A stretch of DNA of 59,443 nt, taken from the NCBI GenBank assembly GCA_039915165.1, contig JBDSNU010000018.1, positions 232,617-292,059 on the forward strand, read 5' to 3'. The number at the start of each line of letters is the position of its first letter. The first letter of the stretch is position 1. This document shows positions 28,765 through 38,522 of the stretch, piece after piece. Source of the DNA: Minisyncoccota bacterium (GTDB lineage Bacteria; Patescibacteriota; Minisyncoccia; Phycocordibacterales; UBA9973). The notes under the pieces were generated by a model. It ran no database searches, was not told the origin of the DNA, and worked only from the letters and a program-made list of their open reading frames with translations. The position numbers and the translations under genes were made by a program.

Positions 28765-30208
28765 ACTGAGATACATTTTGCCATACTGGAAACTCATTAC
28801 ACTTGTAGTGCTTTTTGTTGTTATTCGTATCGTGACACTGCAGCACGATGCATTGCCTTCATGGGATGCGGCTGTATATATTGGGATGGGTAAGTATTTA
28901 TTTTCTCATGGCAGTATAGGTACGTGGGAGGCATTGCGCCCAGTTGGTCTGCCGATTATGCTCGGGGCTTTTTGGAAAATTGGTATTGATCCATATGTTG
29001 CGGGGCAGGTAATTAGTTTGATAATTAGTGCGGGGTTATTGGTGCTAGTATATTTTTTTACAGAACGTATTCGTCCGCACAGTGGCACTATTGCTGCCAC
29101 AGTACTAGCCGCAACAGCAGTATTTTTCACTAACAGTGCGCTGCCTATTACTGACATCATTTCAACGTTCTTCGCAGTGCTTGCACTCTTTCTTATATAC
29201 AAAGCACAAACCACGCGACAGTATTTCATCGCTGGTATTGTCATTGCAATAGCGTGCATGTTTCGTTTTCCGCAAGGGTTGATGCTGGTCATCGCTATGG
29301 TAGCAATTGCCATTAAGATTTTTTATGAACCGACACTATTGAAATTTAAAAAAGGCAAACTAGGAGAGCGTGTAGTTACGGCTATAGAAAGAATGTTTAG
29401 TGTCGGAGGGGGATTCTTTTTGATCGTGGTGCCATTTCTCATCGGTAATTATTATTTTTATAACAATGCCTTTTTGCCATTTATTCAAGGTGCCGCAATA
29501 ATCAAGTTGTACCCAAGCTTATATCAAAAAGGTCCGCTGTTTTATGTACTAGAAGTAGTAAAAGCTGACCCTCTCTTTGTACTAGGATTGCTACCAATTG
29601 GTTTGTTATGGAAAAAAGAATATCGCACAAAAGGCATATTTATTGTGATCACTGCCATTGTTTTCATTGCAGGATACTTCACTTATCAAGTACACAAAGA
29701 ATCTCGATACATGGTGGCTTTTTTGCCATACATCGCTATGCTCACTGCATGTGGTGTTACTTATATATTAGAGTATGTTAAATTACCACAATTATTATTC
29801 TTTGGATTATTTGCGATTGCAGGATTTATGGTAACTGCAGGATTGTTATTTCATACTACTACTCCTGACAATAAAGCTTTTCATGATTTCAATAAGTACT
29901 TCAATAAAACAGAAGGAGCGCATATTCTTTCTGCAACGCCGTTTCCTTTTGTGTATGCCAATGTATTCTTAGAACATGATTTATATTCCGATTGGAATAA
30001 TGCATATTATGAATACAACACGTTAAAAAATCAGATTGATTATATTGCACTGGATAGCTGTAACCTAGAACAAGGCTGCGCTGATAATACTCACTGTACA
30101 GATGATAAAGAAGTATTGTTGGCAACCTTGCGTAAAAATGACATGGAGGTTTTTTCAGCAACAACACCAGCACAATGCCAATTATCAATCTATAAAATTA
30201 CGCACTAG
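28757..30208 (+). CDS. GT-C-fold membrane glycosyltransferase (PMT/ArnT-like, GT39/83)
   Basis: SWDAAVY..MG, EALRPVG, KESRYMVAFLPY; many TM segments. Confidence 0.75.
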   Translation: MNKLRYILPYWKLITLVVLFVVIRIVTLQHDALPSWDAAVYIGMGKYLFSHGSIGTWEALRPVGLPIMLGAFWKIGIDPYVAGQVISLIISAGLLVLVYFFTERIRPHSGTIAATVLAATAVFFTNSALPITDIISTFFAVLALFLIYKAQTTRQYFIAGIVIAIACMFRFPQGLMLVIAMVAIAIKIFYEPTLLKFKKGKLGERVVTAIERMFSVGGGFFLIVVPFLIGNYYFYNNAFLPFIQGAAIIKLYPSLYQKGPLFYVLEVVKADPLFVLGLLPIGLLWKKEYRTKGIFIVITAIVFIAGYFTYQVHKESRYMVAFLPYIAMLTACGVTYILEYVKLPQLLFFGLFAIAGFMVTAGLLFHTTTPDNKAFHDFNKYFNKTEGAHILSATPFPFVYANVFLEHDLYSDWNNAYYEYNTLKNQIDYIALDSCNLEQGCADNTHCTDDKEVLLATLRKNDMEVFSATTPAQCQLSIYKITH

Positions 30209-30209
30209 T

Positions 30210-30923
30210 ATGCCGCATCTTTCTGTAATCATTCCCGCATACAATGAAGCTACACGTATCGGTACAACATTAGAATCAATTGTTCAATTTACAAAAAAAG
30301 TAGACTACGATATTGAGGTTATAGTTGTTGAAAATAACACCACTGATCATACGAGAGAGGTAGTAATAACTTTTTCTGATCAATTACATATAACCATCAT
30401 CGACATTGAACTTTTTTCTGCAGATGGTGGCACAAAAGGTTTAGCGGTGAAGAAGGGTATGCTTGCTGCTACTGGTGAGTATCTTTTATATATGGACGCT
30501 GATAATGCTGTTGATATTTCTCAAGTAGAAACATTTTGGCAATATTTCGAACAGGGGAATGATGTAGTCTTCGGATCTCGCTATATCACAGGCGCCCATA
30601 TTCATCGTGTCTGGTACCGGGATATACTCGGTAGAATGGCTAATATCTTGGTTCAGACCACACTACTTCCTGGCATTAAGGATACACAATGTGGCTTCAA
30701 AATTTTCACCAAGGATGCAGGCAAAATGCTCTTTTCAAAGCTTGAAACGAATGGATGGGGCTTTGATATGGAACTGCTGGCACGAGCCCGCAAAAGCCAC
30801 TATAGGCTCAAAGAGGTGCCTATAGTTTGGCGAGAGGTTGGACATTCGACCGTTAAAGGTGCTGCATTTCTCACGACGCTAAAAGAACTGTTTGCTATAC
30901 GAAAATTGATAGGGAAACAGTAA
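30210..30923 (+). CDS. Polyprenyl-phosphate glycosyltransferase (GT2; DPM1/ALG5/GtrB-like)
   Basis: SVIIPAYNEA, KGLAVKKG, YMDAD, GSRY, DTQCGFK, WGFDMELL. Confidence 0.88.
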   Translation: MPHLSVIIPAYNEATRIGTTLESIVQFTKKVDYDIEVIVVENNTTDHTREVVITFSDQLHITIIDIELFSADGGTKGLAVKKGMLAATGEYLLYMDADNAVDISQVETFWQYFEQGNDVVFGSRYITGAHIHRVWYRDILGRMANILVQTTLLPGIKDTQCGFKIFTKDAGKMLFSKLETNGWGFDMELLARARKSHYRLKEVPIVWREVGHSTVKGAAFLTTLKELFAIRKLIGKQ

Positions 30924-30955
30924 GTGCCCATTCGAATACACTCAGGGCAAAAATA

Positions 30956-30986
30956 AAAACCTCGCAAAGTACTTTGCGAGGTTTTT
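30956..30986. terminator. Bidirectional terminator between the GT cluster and tRNA-Thr
   Basis: aaaaacctcgcaaag-ta-ctttgcgaggttttt. Confidence 0.8.
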
Positions 30987-30991
30987 ATTTT

Positions 30992-31067
30992 TGGAGCCGG
31001 ATGTCAGACTTGAACTGACGACCTTCGCTTTACAAAAGCGTTGCTCTACCAACTGAGCTAATCCGGC
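30992..31067 (-). tRNA. tRNA-Thr (anticodon UGU), CCA encoded
   Basis: 76-nt cloverleaf: acceptor GCCGGAT/ATCCGGC, D arm GCTC/GAGC, anticodon loop TTTGTAA, T arm GTCAG-TTCAAGT-CTGAC. Confidence 0.95.
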
Positions 31068-31110
31068 AAATGGTTCCTAGTAAGGAGTACACTAGGATAC
31101 CAAATAAAGT

Positions 31111-31608
31111 TTATTCTGACAACTCATTTGACGCTTCAGAGATTTCCTCATGAACGGCTGTAGTTATGTCATTTTCAACTATCTTTTTTCTCCGTGCAGG
31201 GATCTTCATTGCTACTGCTTTTCCTTGATTCAGAAGCGTTTTTCTTCGCCGCGCCGTAGGTTTACCGGAGGCTGGGGAAAGGTTTGCCAAGAAGTACGAT
31301 GAAGGTCCATGTTCCAATCCAGTAAGCATATCTTTTTCAATAAATGCTGGTTTGGATGTAGGGAAGATGGTAACGAATGCATTGCGAGCTTTTGTATTGC
31401 CCCACAGTGTTGCTTGCTTGCTATATCTCATACTGCCATAGACACTTCTGCGCATCAATCGCGCGGCTTTGTTCCATGAATGGATAACATCGCGACGCTT
31501 AATCGTTTTGATTGGCTTAGTCTGTTCGCTACGCCACCACACTAGCATGGCGCTGATCCAGAGCGCTACGATGAGCACTATGAGAATGATAACAAGTGTC
31601 AGGATCAT
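31111..31608 (-). CDS. Hypothetical protein with N-terminal TM segment and basic soluble domain
   Basis: 165 aa; the start overlaps the tsf stop (TAATG). Confidence 0.65.
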   Translation of the reverse strand: MILTLVIILIVLIVALWISAMLVWWRSEQTKPIKTIKRRDVIHSWNKAARLMRRSVYGSMRYSKQATLWGNTKARNAFVTIFPTSKPAFIEKDMLTGLEHGPSSYFLANLSPASGKPTARRRKTLLNQGKAVAMKIPARRKKIVENDITTAVHEEISEASNELSE

Positions 31609-32393
31609 TATGCTCCTACAGTATACAATACGAATTTCTGAACTGTAGCGCCGTTATCCTTTGCATACTGTTCAATAGTTTTTTCAGGAGCCTTAAAGAA
31701 TGATTGGTTAAGCAATGTCTGTTCAGCAAAGAATCCATTGATCTTACCTTCAAGCATCTTGTCTTTGATGTCTTGTGGCTTGCCTTCACTCTGTGCAGCA
31801 ACCTCTGCTTCCATAACAGCTTTCACAGTTGCTTGGTTTTCTGGAGTGATTTCATCCTTACTCAAGAATGCTGGCTTCATAGCAGCAACATGCATAGCAA
31901 TGTCTTTTGCAACTTCTGGAGTTCCTCCTTGAAGAGTTACCACCGCAGCTGACTTATGGTCGAAGTGAGTATAACCACTTACTACATCACCAGCAATTTC
32001 TTCAACACCACCGATGTGGATGTTCTCACCGATCTTCAACACGAGGTCACTGATCAATGTAGTAGAGTCAGCTTGCATTTTTTCAACGCCATCAGCCCAT
32101 GCCATATCAGCAAGCTTGTTTGCAAGACTTACGAAGTCATCATTGTGAGCAACGAAGTCTGTTTCGCAATTCAATACTAAAGTAAGAGCACGCTTGCCAT
32201 CAGTACGCATTACTACGATACCATCAGCAGCTGAGCGATCAGCTTTTTTCTGCGCAGCTTCACCGCCTTTCTTTTGCAAGATAACGATTGCCATTTCCAT
32301 GTCACCATTTGCTTCTTCAAGCGCCTTGCGACATTGCATTACTGAAACACCTGTCTTATCACGAAGTTCTTTTACTTGTTCTGTAGTGATCAT
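31608..32393 (-). CDS. tsf: Elongation factor Ts
   Basis: VKELRDKTGVSVMQCRKAL, LNCETDFVAHN, KDIAMHVAAMKP. Confidence 0.97.
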   Translation of the reverse strand: MITTEQVKELRDKTGVSVMQCRKALEEANGDMEMAIVILQKKGGEAAQKKADRSAADGIVVMRTDGKRALTLVLNCETDFVAHNDDFVSLANKLADMAWADGVEKMQADSTTLISDLVLKIGENIHIGGVEEIAGDVVSGYTHFDHKSAAVVTLQGGTPEVAKDIAMHVAAMKPAFLSKDEITPENQATVKAVMEAEVAAQSEGKPQDIKDKMLEGKINGFFAEQTLLNQSFFKAPEKTIEQYAKDNGATVQKFVLYTVGA

Positions 32394-32429
32394 ATATTTG
32401 ATTTCGCTCGCGCGAATTACTTTAATAAA

Positions 32430-33101
32430 TTATTGCTGAAATGCGTCTTTAAGTATACCAAGGATTGCATTGATTGATGAAGCAGAACTGTCATTAGCAA
32501 TGATAGGGTATTCAATAGCGCGAATAGAACAGTCAGTGTTACCGATAGTTACCATAGGAATGTTACTCTTGCGAGCTTCAGCTACAGCAATGTGTTCTTT
32601 CTTTGAGTCGATAATAACGAGAGCATCAGGAAGCTTAGATACACCAACAAGACCACTAAAGTATTTATTAAGACGTTCCATTTCGCGACTCATCAACAAT
32701 TGTTCTTTCTTTGTGAACTTTGCTAGTTCACCAGAAGCTGTTTTTTCACGCATATCTTCAAGCTTGTTGATACGGCGCTTGATTTCAGTGAAGTTAGTAA
32801 GCATGCCACCAATCCAACGTTCTGTAACGAATGGTTGTTTTAGTAGTTCTGCAATTTCTTGCACTGCACCGCGTGATTCTGGTTTAACACCAACGAACAA
32901 CACTGTCTTACCAGATGCAGCCATTCCTTTCAAAAAGTTAGCCGCAGCTTCGATTTGAGGAATAGTCTTTTCAAGGTCAATAATGTCTACCTTGTCCTTT
33001 GTTCCGTAGATGAACTTAGAAATAGTAGGGTGGCGACGAGTACGTGAGTATCCATAGTGGACACCTGCCTCCATGAGGTCTTTAGGATCAATAGTTTTCA
33101 T
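32430..33101 (-). CDS. rpsB: 30S ribosomal protein S2
   Basis: LMEAGVHYG, IIDLEKT, RWIGGMLTNF, LPDALVIID. Start reassigned to 33101. Confidence 0.97.
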   Translation of the reverse strand: MKTIDPKDLMEAGVHYGYSRTRRHPTISKFIYGTKDKVDIIDLEKTIPQIEAAANFLKGMAASGKTVLFVGVKPESRGAVQEIAELLKQPFVTERWIGGMLTNFTEIKRRINKLEDMREKTASGELAKFTKKEQLLMSREMERLNKYFSGLVGVSKLPDALVIIDSKKEHIAVAEARKSNIPMVTIGNTDCSIRAIEYPIIANDSSASSINAILGILKDAFQQ

Positions 33102-33104
33102 AAC

Positions 33105-33215
33105 AATCTGTAGCAGGGTTGTATTGCGTTTCGAGCGCACAACCCTTAATAACTGGGTAATTTCATCTTTTAGCGCGCCGAAGCTCGTGAAAGCGAAGGC
33201 GGCGATGAGCTCTTA
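33105..33215 (-). promoter_or_regulatory. Structured rpsB leader containing a REP-like copy and a hairpin
   Basis: Minus-strand TTGATA-N17-TACTGT upstream. Hairpin agggttgt-gcg..cgc-acaaccct before the start; REP at 33173-33202. Confidence 0.5.
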
Positions 33216-33349
33216 CAGTACCATTTTTGCCTACTTTTATCAAGGTTTAGCATATGTGCTTTGCTAAGCAACGCACATATTGACTTTTAGTTCAAAATGT
33301 GCTATTATATAAATAATAAATAAAAACGTACAAACCTTAAAAAATCAAT

Positions 33350-33814
33350 ATGGAAACTAAAAAAATCTTGCAAATATGGTCACTGATCGTAATTGTAATT
33401 GTAATCACGCATATTAATAATTCGCAACATGCTTCAGAGAATGCTGGAACAATTAAAATTGTCACACAGCCACACGTTGAAACGCAAACAATGTGGTGTG
33501 AATCATTTGTTGAAGGGACAATAAAAAAAATTACATTCCCTCGCTTTGCATCACCAAAGGTAAGAGTTGCTAAAAAAGAGCACGCAGTGCATTCAATTCT
33601 GAAATGGTCATCAAAACCATTTGCTGCAGTAATAATTGGACCCAATGTTAAATACATCATTCTTAAACCAAAAAGGGAAGCACTTTTAAGTCTAGATGTA
33701 AATAATGATGGCAAAATTGATACCGTTATGCATGTTGATTACATCAAACAGAAAGTTGGCGAAAAATTATCCTATATACGAACTACAGTACATCAAGTAC
33801 CAGTATGTAGATAA
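33350..33814 (+). CDS. Orphan exported protein (154 aa) with DVNNDGKID motif
   Basis: N-terminal hydrophobic segment; own promoter at 33280-33308 and terminator at 33832-33862. Confidence 0.65.
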   Translation: METKKILQIWSLIVIVIVITHINNSQHASENAGTIKIVTQPHVETQTMWCESFVEGTIKKITFPRFASPKVRVAKKEHAVHSILKWSSKPFAAVIIGPNVKYIILKPKREALLSLDVNNDGKIDTVMHVDYIKQKVGEKLSYIRTTVHQVPVCR

Positions 33815-33952
33815 TGGCTAACAAAAAAGTTAAGCCTCTGAATTAAATTCAGAGGCTTTTTTATTTACCCAATGATCTTTTGATTTTTAAATAAAATGTT
33901 CTATGCTTTCAATAAGGAAAAGTACAATTGTTTCACTTAAAAAAACAGCATC

Positions 33953-34138
33953 ATGATACGCTACTCTGATATGGTCGTTATATTGTTAGTAGTAATAGCT
34001 ATTCTATTTATATATAACTATTCTGTTCAATATTTCCGCCTCCAACCGGATTACAAAGAGTCATTAAATCAAAGTCTGACCCAAATATGGCCAATTATAC
34101 TGGTCCTAGCTGGTCTCTATCTTTATTATCTATTGTAA
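33953..34138 (+). CDS. Orphan 61-aa two-TM protein
   Basis: Own promoter TTGATT (33880)-N16-TATGCT and terminator aaaagccc-tatattat-ggggctttt. Confidence 0.55.
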   Translation: MIRYSDMVVILLVVIAILFIYNYSVQYFRLQPDYKESLNQSLTQIWPIILVLAGLYLYYLL

Positions 34139-34251
34139 TCAAAAATTAAAAGCCCTATATTATGGGGCTTTTTATATTGACATTTAGTACAAAATGTGCT
34201 ATGATAATACTGAAATTAAATCCACAAAAACCTTTTAAAACCAAATAAAAA

Positions 34252-34629
34252 ATGAAAAAGTTAGTATTTTTCTTAGCCGTAGCGCTAACCGCATTTGCTG
34301 CATGTAACTCAAAAAAAGAGAACCGTGTTGGTAAAATAATTGGTATCAGTTTTATGTTACCGGATATGCATACTACGAGTGATGAAATCCACATAACTTT
34401 TTACCGGCTTATAAAAACAAAAAAAGGTCAACATAGATTACTTAATCTATGTCGCGGCCGCGATACCTGCGATTTTAATCCAAACACTCTTCAAAAAAAT
34501 GGAGAACGCGCTGATTATTGGATCGCAATAAACGGCGACACAGTAATGAGAAACAAACCTTATCTAGGTAAAGCCATTGGCGACACAATAACTGTTGGTC
34601 CTGAAGAACTTGAAACACGTACTTGGTAA
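34252..34629 (+). CDS. Orphan putative lipoprotein (125 aa)
   Basis: MKKLVFFLAVALTAFAA-C signal and lipobox; own promoter at 34177-34205 and terminator at 34644-34679. Confidence 0.65.
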   Translation: MKKLVFFLAVALTAFAACNSKKENRVGKIIGISFMLPDMHTTSDEIHITFYRLIKTKKGQHRLLNLCRGRDTCDFNPNTLQKNGERADYWIAINGDTVMRNKPYLGKAIGDTITVGPEELETRTW

Positions 34630-34712
34630 AAAAGAACACCATTAAAGCCTTTGAATTAAAAAATTCAGAGGCTTTTTTTATTTGTCTTTTTGTGCGATTA
34701 TGTAAGGGATTT

Positions 34713-36161
34713 ATGAAAGAACAAACGCATGAAAAGGCGATTACGCCACGAGCTGAAGATTACTCACAATGGTATCTCGACATTATTGCTGCCGCTGATT
34801 TAGCAGAATATGCTCCAGTTAAGGGGTGTATGATCATTAAGCCATATGGGTATGCTATTTGGGAGCAGGTGCAAAAAGTATTAGATACAAAATTTAAAGA
34901 CCTTGGTGTACAAAATGCATACTTTCCATTACTGATCCCAGAACGTCTTTTGAAACGCGAGGCTCAGCACGTAGAAGGGTTTGCTCCAGAAGTTGCCGTG
35001 GTAACACATGCTGGTGGCGAGAAACTTGAAGAACCATTAGTGATCCGTCCTACATCTGAAACAATTATGTATGAAGTGTTTTCCGGATGGGTGCATTCAT
35101 ATCGTGACCTACCTCTATTGATTAACCAGTGGGCAAACGTTGTTCGATGGGAATTAAAAACAAAACCATTTCTTCGTACCACAGAATTTTTATGGCAAGA
35201 AGGGCACACTGTTCATGTTACTCAAGAAGAAGCTGATGCATACGCTCGACAAATGCTCGGAGTGTATGAATGGTTTGCGCGAGACTATATGGCAATCCCC
35301 GTTATCACAGGAACAAAGACCGACAACGAGCGTTTTGCTGGTGCATTAAAAACATATTGTACAGAAGCAATGATGCAAGATGGTAAAGCACTCCAGTATG
35401 CAACATCGCATAACCTAGGCGATAACTTTGCTAAAGCATTTGATATTCAATTTTTAGATGATCAAAATACTCCACAATACGGTTGGCAAACTAGTTGGGG
35501 GCTTTCAACACGTTCAATAGGTGGGCTTATTATGACGCATAGTGATGACAAAGGTTTGGTATTGCCTCCACGAATGACAGCGACTCCAATTGTTCTTGTG
35601 CCTGTATTTAATACAGACAATAAAGAAGAAGTTATTGCAAAAGCAAAAGAACTTGCTACAATGATTGCTCCAAATAATATTCACAAAGTTCGTATCGATA
35701 GTCGCGACCATATGCGGGTAGGTGAAAAATTCTTTGAATGGGAAAAGAAAGGTGTACCAGTTCGTGTTGAATATGGACCAAAAGATATTGCTGCAAATCA
35801 ATGTGTCGTAGTTCGACGTGACACGGGGGAAAAGAAAGTGGTGATGATCGATGAAAATATCGCTACAACTATTGATGCATTGCTTGAAAGTATCCAGACA
35901 GATTTGTTTGCAACTGCACAACAGCGCCTCACAGAAAATACTATTGAAGCAAATACTTGGGAAGAATTCACACAAGCAATTGAAAATGGAAAGTTTGTTC
36001 TTGCTCATTGGGATGGAACAACTGCAACAGAAAAGAAAATTAAAGAAGAGATGGGAGCAACAATTCGATGTATTCCTTTTAGTCAAAAATTAGAAGACGG
36101 AACTTGCATTAAAACAGGTGAGCCTTCAGCTGGGCGAGTATTGTTTGCGAAAGCTTACTAA
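34713..36161 (+). CDS. proS: Prolyl-tRNA synthetase (archaeal/eukaryote-like type)
   Basis: IRPTSETIMY, QWANVVRWE, FLWQEGHT, QTSWGLSTR, ending LFAKAY. Start reassigned to 34713. Confidence 0.96.
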   Translation: MKEQTHEKAITPRAEDYSQWYLDIIAAADLAEYAPVKGCMIIKPYGYAIWEQVQKVLDTKFKDLGVQNAYFPLLIPERLLKREAQHVEGFAPEVAVVTHAGGEKLEEPLVIRPTSETIMYEVFSGWVHSYRDLPLLINQWANVVRWELKTKPFLRTTEFLWQEGHTVHVTQEEADAYARQMLGVYEWFARDYMAIPVITGTKTDNERFAGALKTYCTEAMMQDGKALQYATSHNLGDNFAKAFDIQFLDDQNTPQYGWQTSWGLSTRSIGGLIMTHSDDKGLVLPPRMTATPIVLVPVFNTDNKEEVIAKAKELATMIAPNNIHKVRIDSRDHMRVGEKFFEWEKKGVPVRVEYGPKDIAANQCVVVRRDTGEKKVVMIDENIATTIDALLESIQTDLFATAQQRLTENTIEANTWEEFTQAIENGKFVLAHWDGTTATEKKIKEEMGATIRCIPFSQKLEDGTCIKTGEPSAGRVLFAKAY

Positions 36162-36164
36162 ATT

Positions 36165-37208
36165 ATGTTCAAAAATTTCTACCAGCGTTTTTCAAATGAT
36201 ATCGGTATCGATCTTGGTACCGCTAATACACTTGTCTATGTGAAAGGGCAGGGCATTGTTATCAATGAGCCATCTATCGTTGCGGTAAACCAAAAGACAG
36301 GTCAGATTGTTGCTATTGGCCGCGAAGCAAAAGACATGTGGGGTAAGACACCAGAACATATCAAGATCATCCGTCCTTTGTCTGAAGGTGTTGTTTCTGA
36401 TTTTGAAATGGCAGAAGAAATGCTGGCATATTTTATTCGTAAGGTTGAGAAACTTTCTAATAAATTTTTTCGCCCACGACTAGTGATCGGTGTACCTTCT
36501 GGTATTACCAATGTTGAACTACGTGCTGTATATGATGCAGGTATTGATGCAGGTGCATGTGAAGTACATCTCGTCGAAGAAGCGATGGCAGCAGCTATTG
36601 GTATTCGCTTACCAGTGCTTTCTTCAAGTGCGTCATTCATTGTGGATATCGGTGGCGGAACAACAGACATTGCATTGATTGCATTAGGAGGAATTGTTCG
36701 CTCATTAAACCTTCGTGTTGCCGGTGATCATTTTGATGCACGCGTGATTGATTACCTTCGTGATGAATTTAAATTGTTAGTTGGTGAGCGCACTGCAGAA
36801 AATGTGAAATTAGAACTCGGTTCTGCGATGGAAACAGACTATATGGAAATCGAAGTTCGAGGTCGTGACCTTGTAACAGGTTTACCAAAAGCATTGATGA
36901 TCACTGACGGTGATATTCGTGAAGCATTTGCACGCACTGTTGCTCAGCTCGTTACAGGTATTCGCGAAGTACTTGAAACTGCTCCACCAGAAATGGTGTC
37001 AGATATTTTGCAGACAGGGATTGTGCTAAGTGGAGGGGGTGCCAATCTTCGAGGATTAGCATTATTGCTGCAACAAGAGTTAAAATTACCAATACATATT
37101 GCCGAAGATCCTTTGTCAGCCGTTGCTCGCGGTACTGGTATCATCTTGGAACAATTTGAAAGTTACAAAAATACACTCTTATCAATAGAAGACCATGCCT
37201 CGTTATAA
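36165..37208 (+). CDS. mreB: Rod shape-determining actin homologue MreB
   Basis: IGIDLGTANTL, IVDIGGGTTD, LSGGGANL. Confidence 0.96.
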   Translation: MFKNFYQRFSNDIGIDLGTANTLVYVKGQGIVINEPSIVAVNQKTGQIVAIGREAKDMWGKTPEHIKIIRPLSEGVVSDFEMAEEMLAYFIRKVEKLSNKFFRPRLVIGVPSGITNVELRAVYDAGIDAGACEVHLVEEAMAAAIGIRLPVLSSSASFIVDIGGGTTDIALIALGGIVRSLNLRVAGDHFDARVIDYLRDEFKLLVGERTAENVKLELGSAMETDYMEIEVRGRDLVTGLPKALMITDGDIREAFARTVAQLVTGIREVLETAPPEMVSDILQTGIVLSGGGANLRGLALLLQQELKLPIHIAEDPLSAVARGTGIILEQFESYKNTLLSIEDHASL

Positions 37209-37962
37209 TTCTGTACAACCCAAAAAAGTTCGACCACTTCATACCATGCACCCTTGGTTGCGAGCGGGTATTGTCATCGCTAGCGTAATAATTGTTATTG
37301 CGATTGCTAGTGTAACGATTAAAAAACTGATTGCAAAAACTCCGCCAGTCTATGGAGGCGTTCTTACCGATCAATTACTTAGTAAAAACGCTTTGATCAA
37401 AAAAGTAACAGCACAAGAAAGTACTCTCACCGCATATGATGCTGAGATCACTACACTACAACAATTACAAAATGAAAATACTCAACTCAAAGCAGAGTTA
37501 GGAAGAAGTACAGGTGAAAAAGGAATTTTGGCTCATGTGGTGACATTACCCAATCGCAGTTTTTACGACTCCTTATTAATCGATGCAGGGAGTGCAGAAG
37601 GAATCAAGGTTGGATCAATTGCATATGCATTCAACAGTATTGCACTTGGTACTGTTAGTGATGTAACTATTCATAGCGCAACTATTTCTCTCTATAGTGC
37701 AGCGGGTCGTCAGACTTCTGGTACTGCAGTGGGTAGTGATGTAGCGGTGACTCTAGTTGGTCGCGGTGGTGGCGAATACGAAGTACAACTGCCGCGCGAT
37801 GTACCATTCTCTGTTGGCGCATTAGTTTCTCTGCAATCAGTAAATGTTGCTTCAATGGCAATTGTAGAAAAAATCATCACTGACCCTCGCGATCCATTCC
37901 AACGATTGTTGGCAAAGATTCCAGTAAATCTACAGGCGTTGAAGTTTGTGGTAGTTAAATAA
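37195..37962 (+). CDS. mreC: Rod shape-determining protein MreC
   Basis: TM segment, coiled coil LQNENTQLKAELG, LLIDAGSAEGIKVG; follows mreB. Confidence 0.85.
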   Translation: MPRYNSVQPKKVRPLHTMHPWLRAGIVIASVIIVIAIASVTIKKLIAKTPPVYGGVLTDQLLSKNALIKKVTAQESTLTAYDAEITTLQQLQNENTQLKAELGRSTGEKGILAHVVTLPNRSFYDSLLIDAGSAEGIKVGSIAYAFNSIALGTVSDVTIHSATISLYSAAGRQTSGTAVGSDVAVTLVGRGGGEYEVQLPRDVPFSVGALVSLQSVNVASMAIVEKIITDPRDPFQRLLAKIPVNLQALKFVVVK

Positions 37963-38039
37963 AATTTATATAAGAAAACACTATATTGACTTTGGCAAGA
38001 GTACAGGTTAATGTATGGTAAACAAATTACATAATAACA

Positions 38040-38420
38040 ATGGATAAAGAAGAAGCACTAAAACTTATTGAAATCTACGGCAAGGCATGGGAAACAAAAG
38101 ACCCTGACCTTATTGTCACTATTTTTACTGAGGATGCGACATATTACGACCCTCGAGAGCCTGAAAACATTGGTCGCGATGCGATCAGAGAATACTGGGT
38201 AACAAAGGTTATTGGTGAACAAGATAATATCAAGTTCACTCTTAAACACCTTGTAGTCAGCGAAGATATCGTTATGGCGGAATGGCATGCATCTTTCGAT
38301 GATATTAAGAGAGATCTTCATATCGAACTGGATGAGGCTGCAGTTTTTGGAGTAATAGATGGAAAGTTTTCTTTTCTTCGCGAATACTATAGAAGTGTTA
38401 AAACTCCTTTAGAAAAGTAA
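38040..38420 (+). CDS. NTF2-like/SnoaL-family protein
   Basis: YGKAWETKD..IFTEDATYYDP...GRDAIREYW...LREYY; own promoter and terminator (38431-38459). Confidence 0.8.
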   Translation: MDKEEALKLIEIYGKAWETKDPDLIVTIFTEDATYYDPREPENIGRDAIREYWVTKVIGEQDNIKFTLKHLVVSEDIVMAEWHASFDDIKRDLHIELDEAAVFGVIDGKFSFLREYYRSVKTPLEK

Positions 38421-38522
38421 AAAGTATATGAAAGGTTCAGATTACATCTGAACCTTTTTGTTTGCTCGTTTTTTAAACAATGTTCGAAATTTATTATATA
38501 TGTTATAAACTACATACAATTT

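Noticed and set aside
30923-31067. GT cluster as an island integrated at tRNA-Thr
   Set aside because: I found no duplicated tRNA 3' end, integrase or clear compositional break.
33816-33837. GGCTAAC-aaaaaa-GTTAAGCC as an integron attC site
   Set aside because: It is far too short for attC, it is not repeated after the other cassettes, and there is no integrase in the window.
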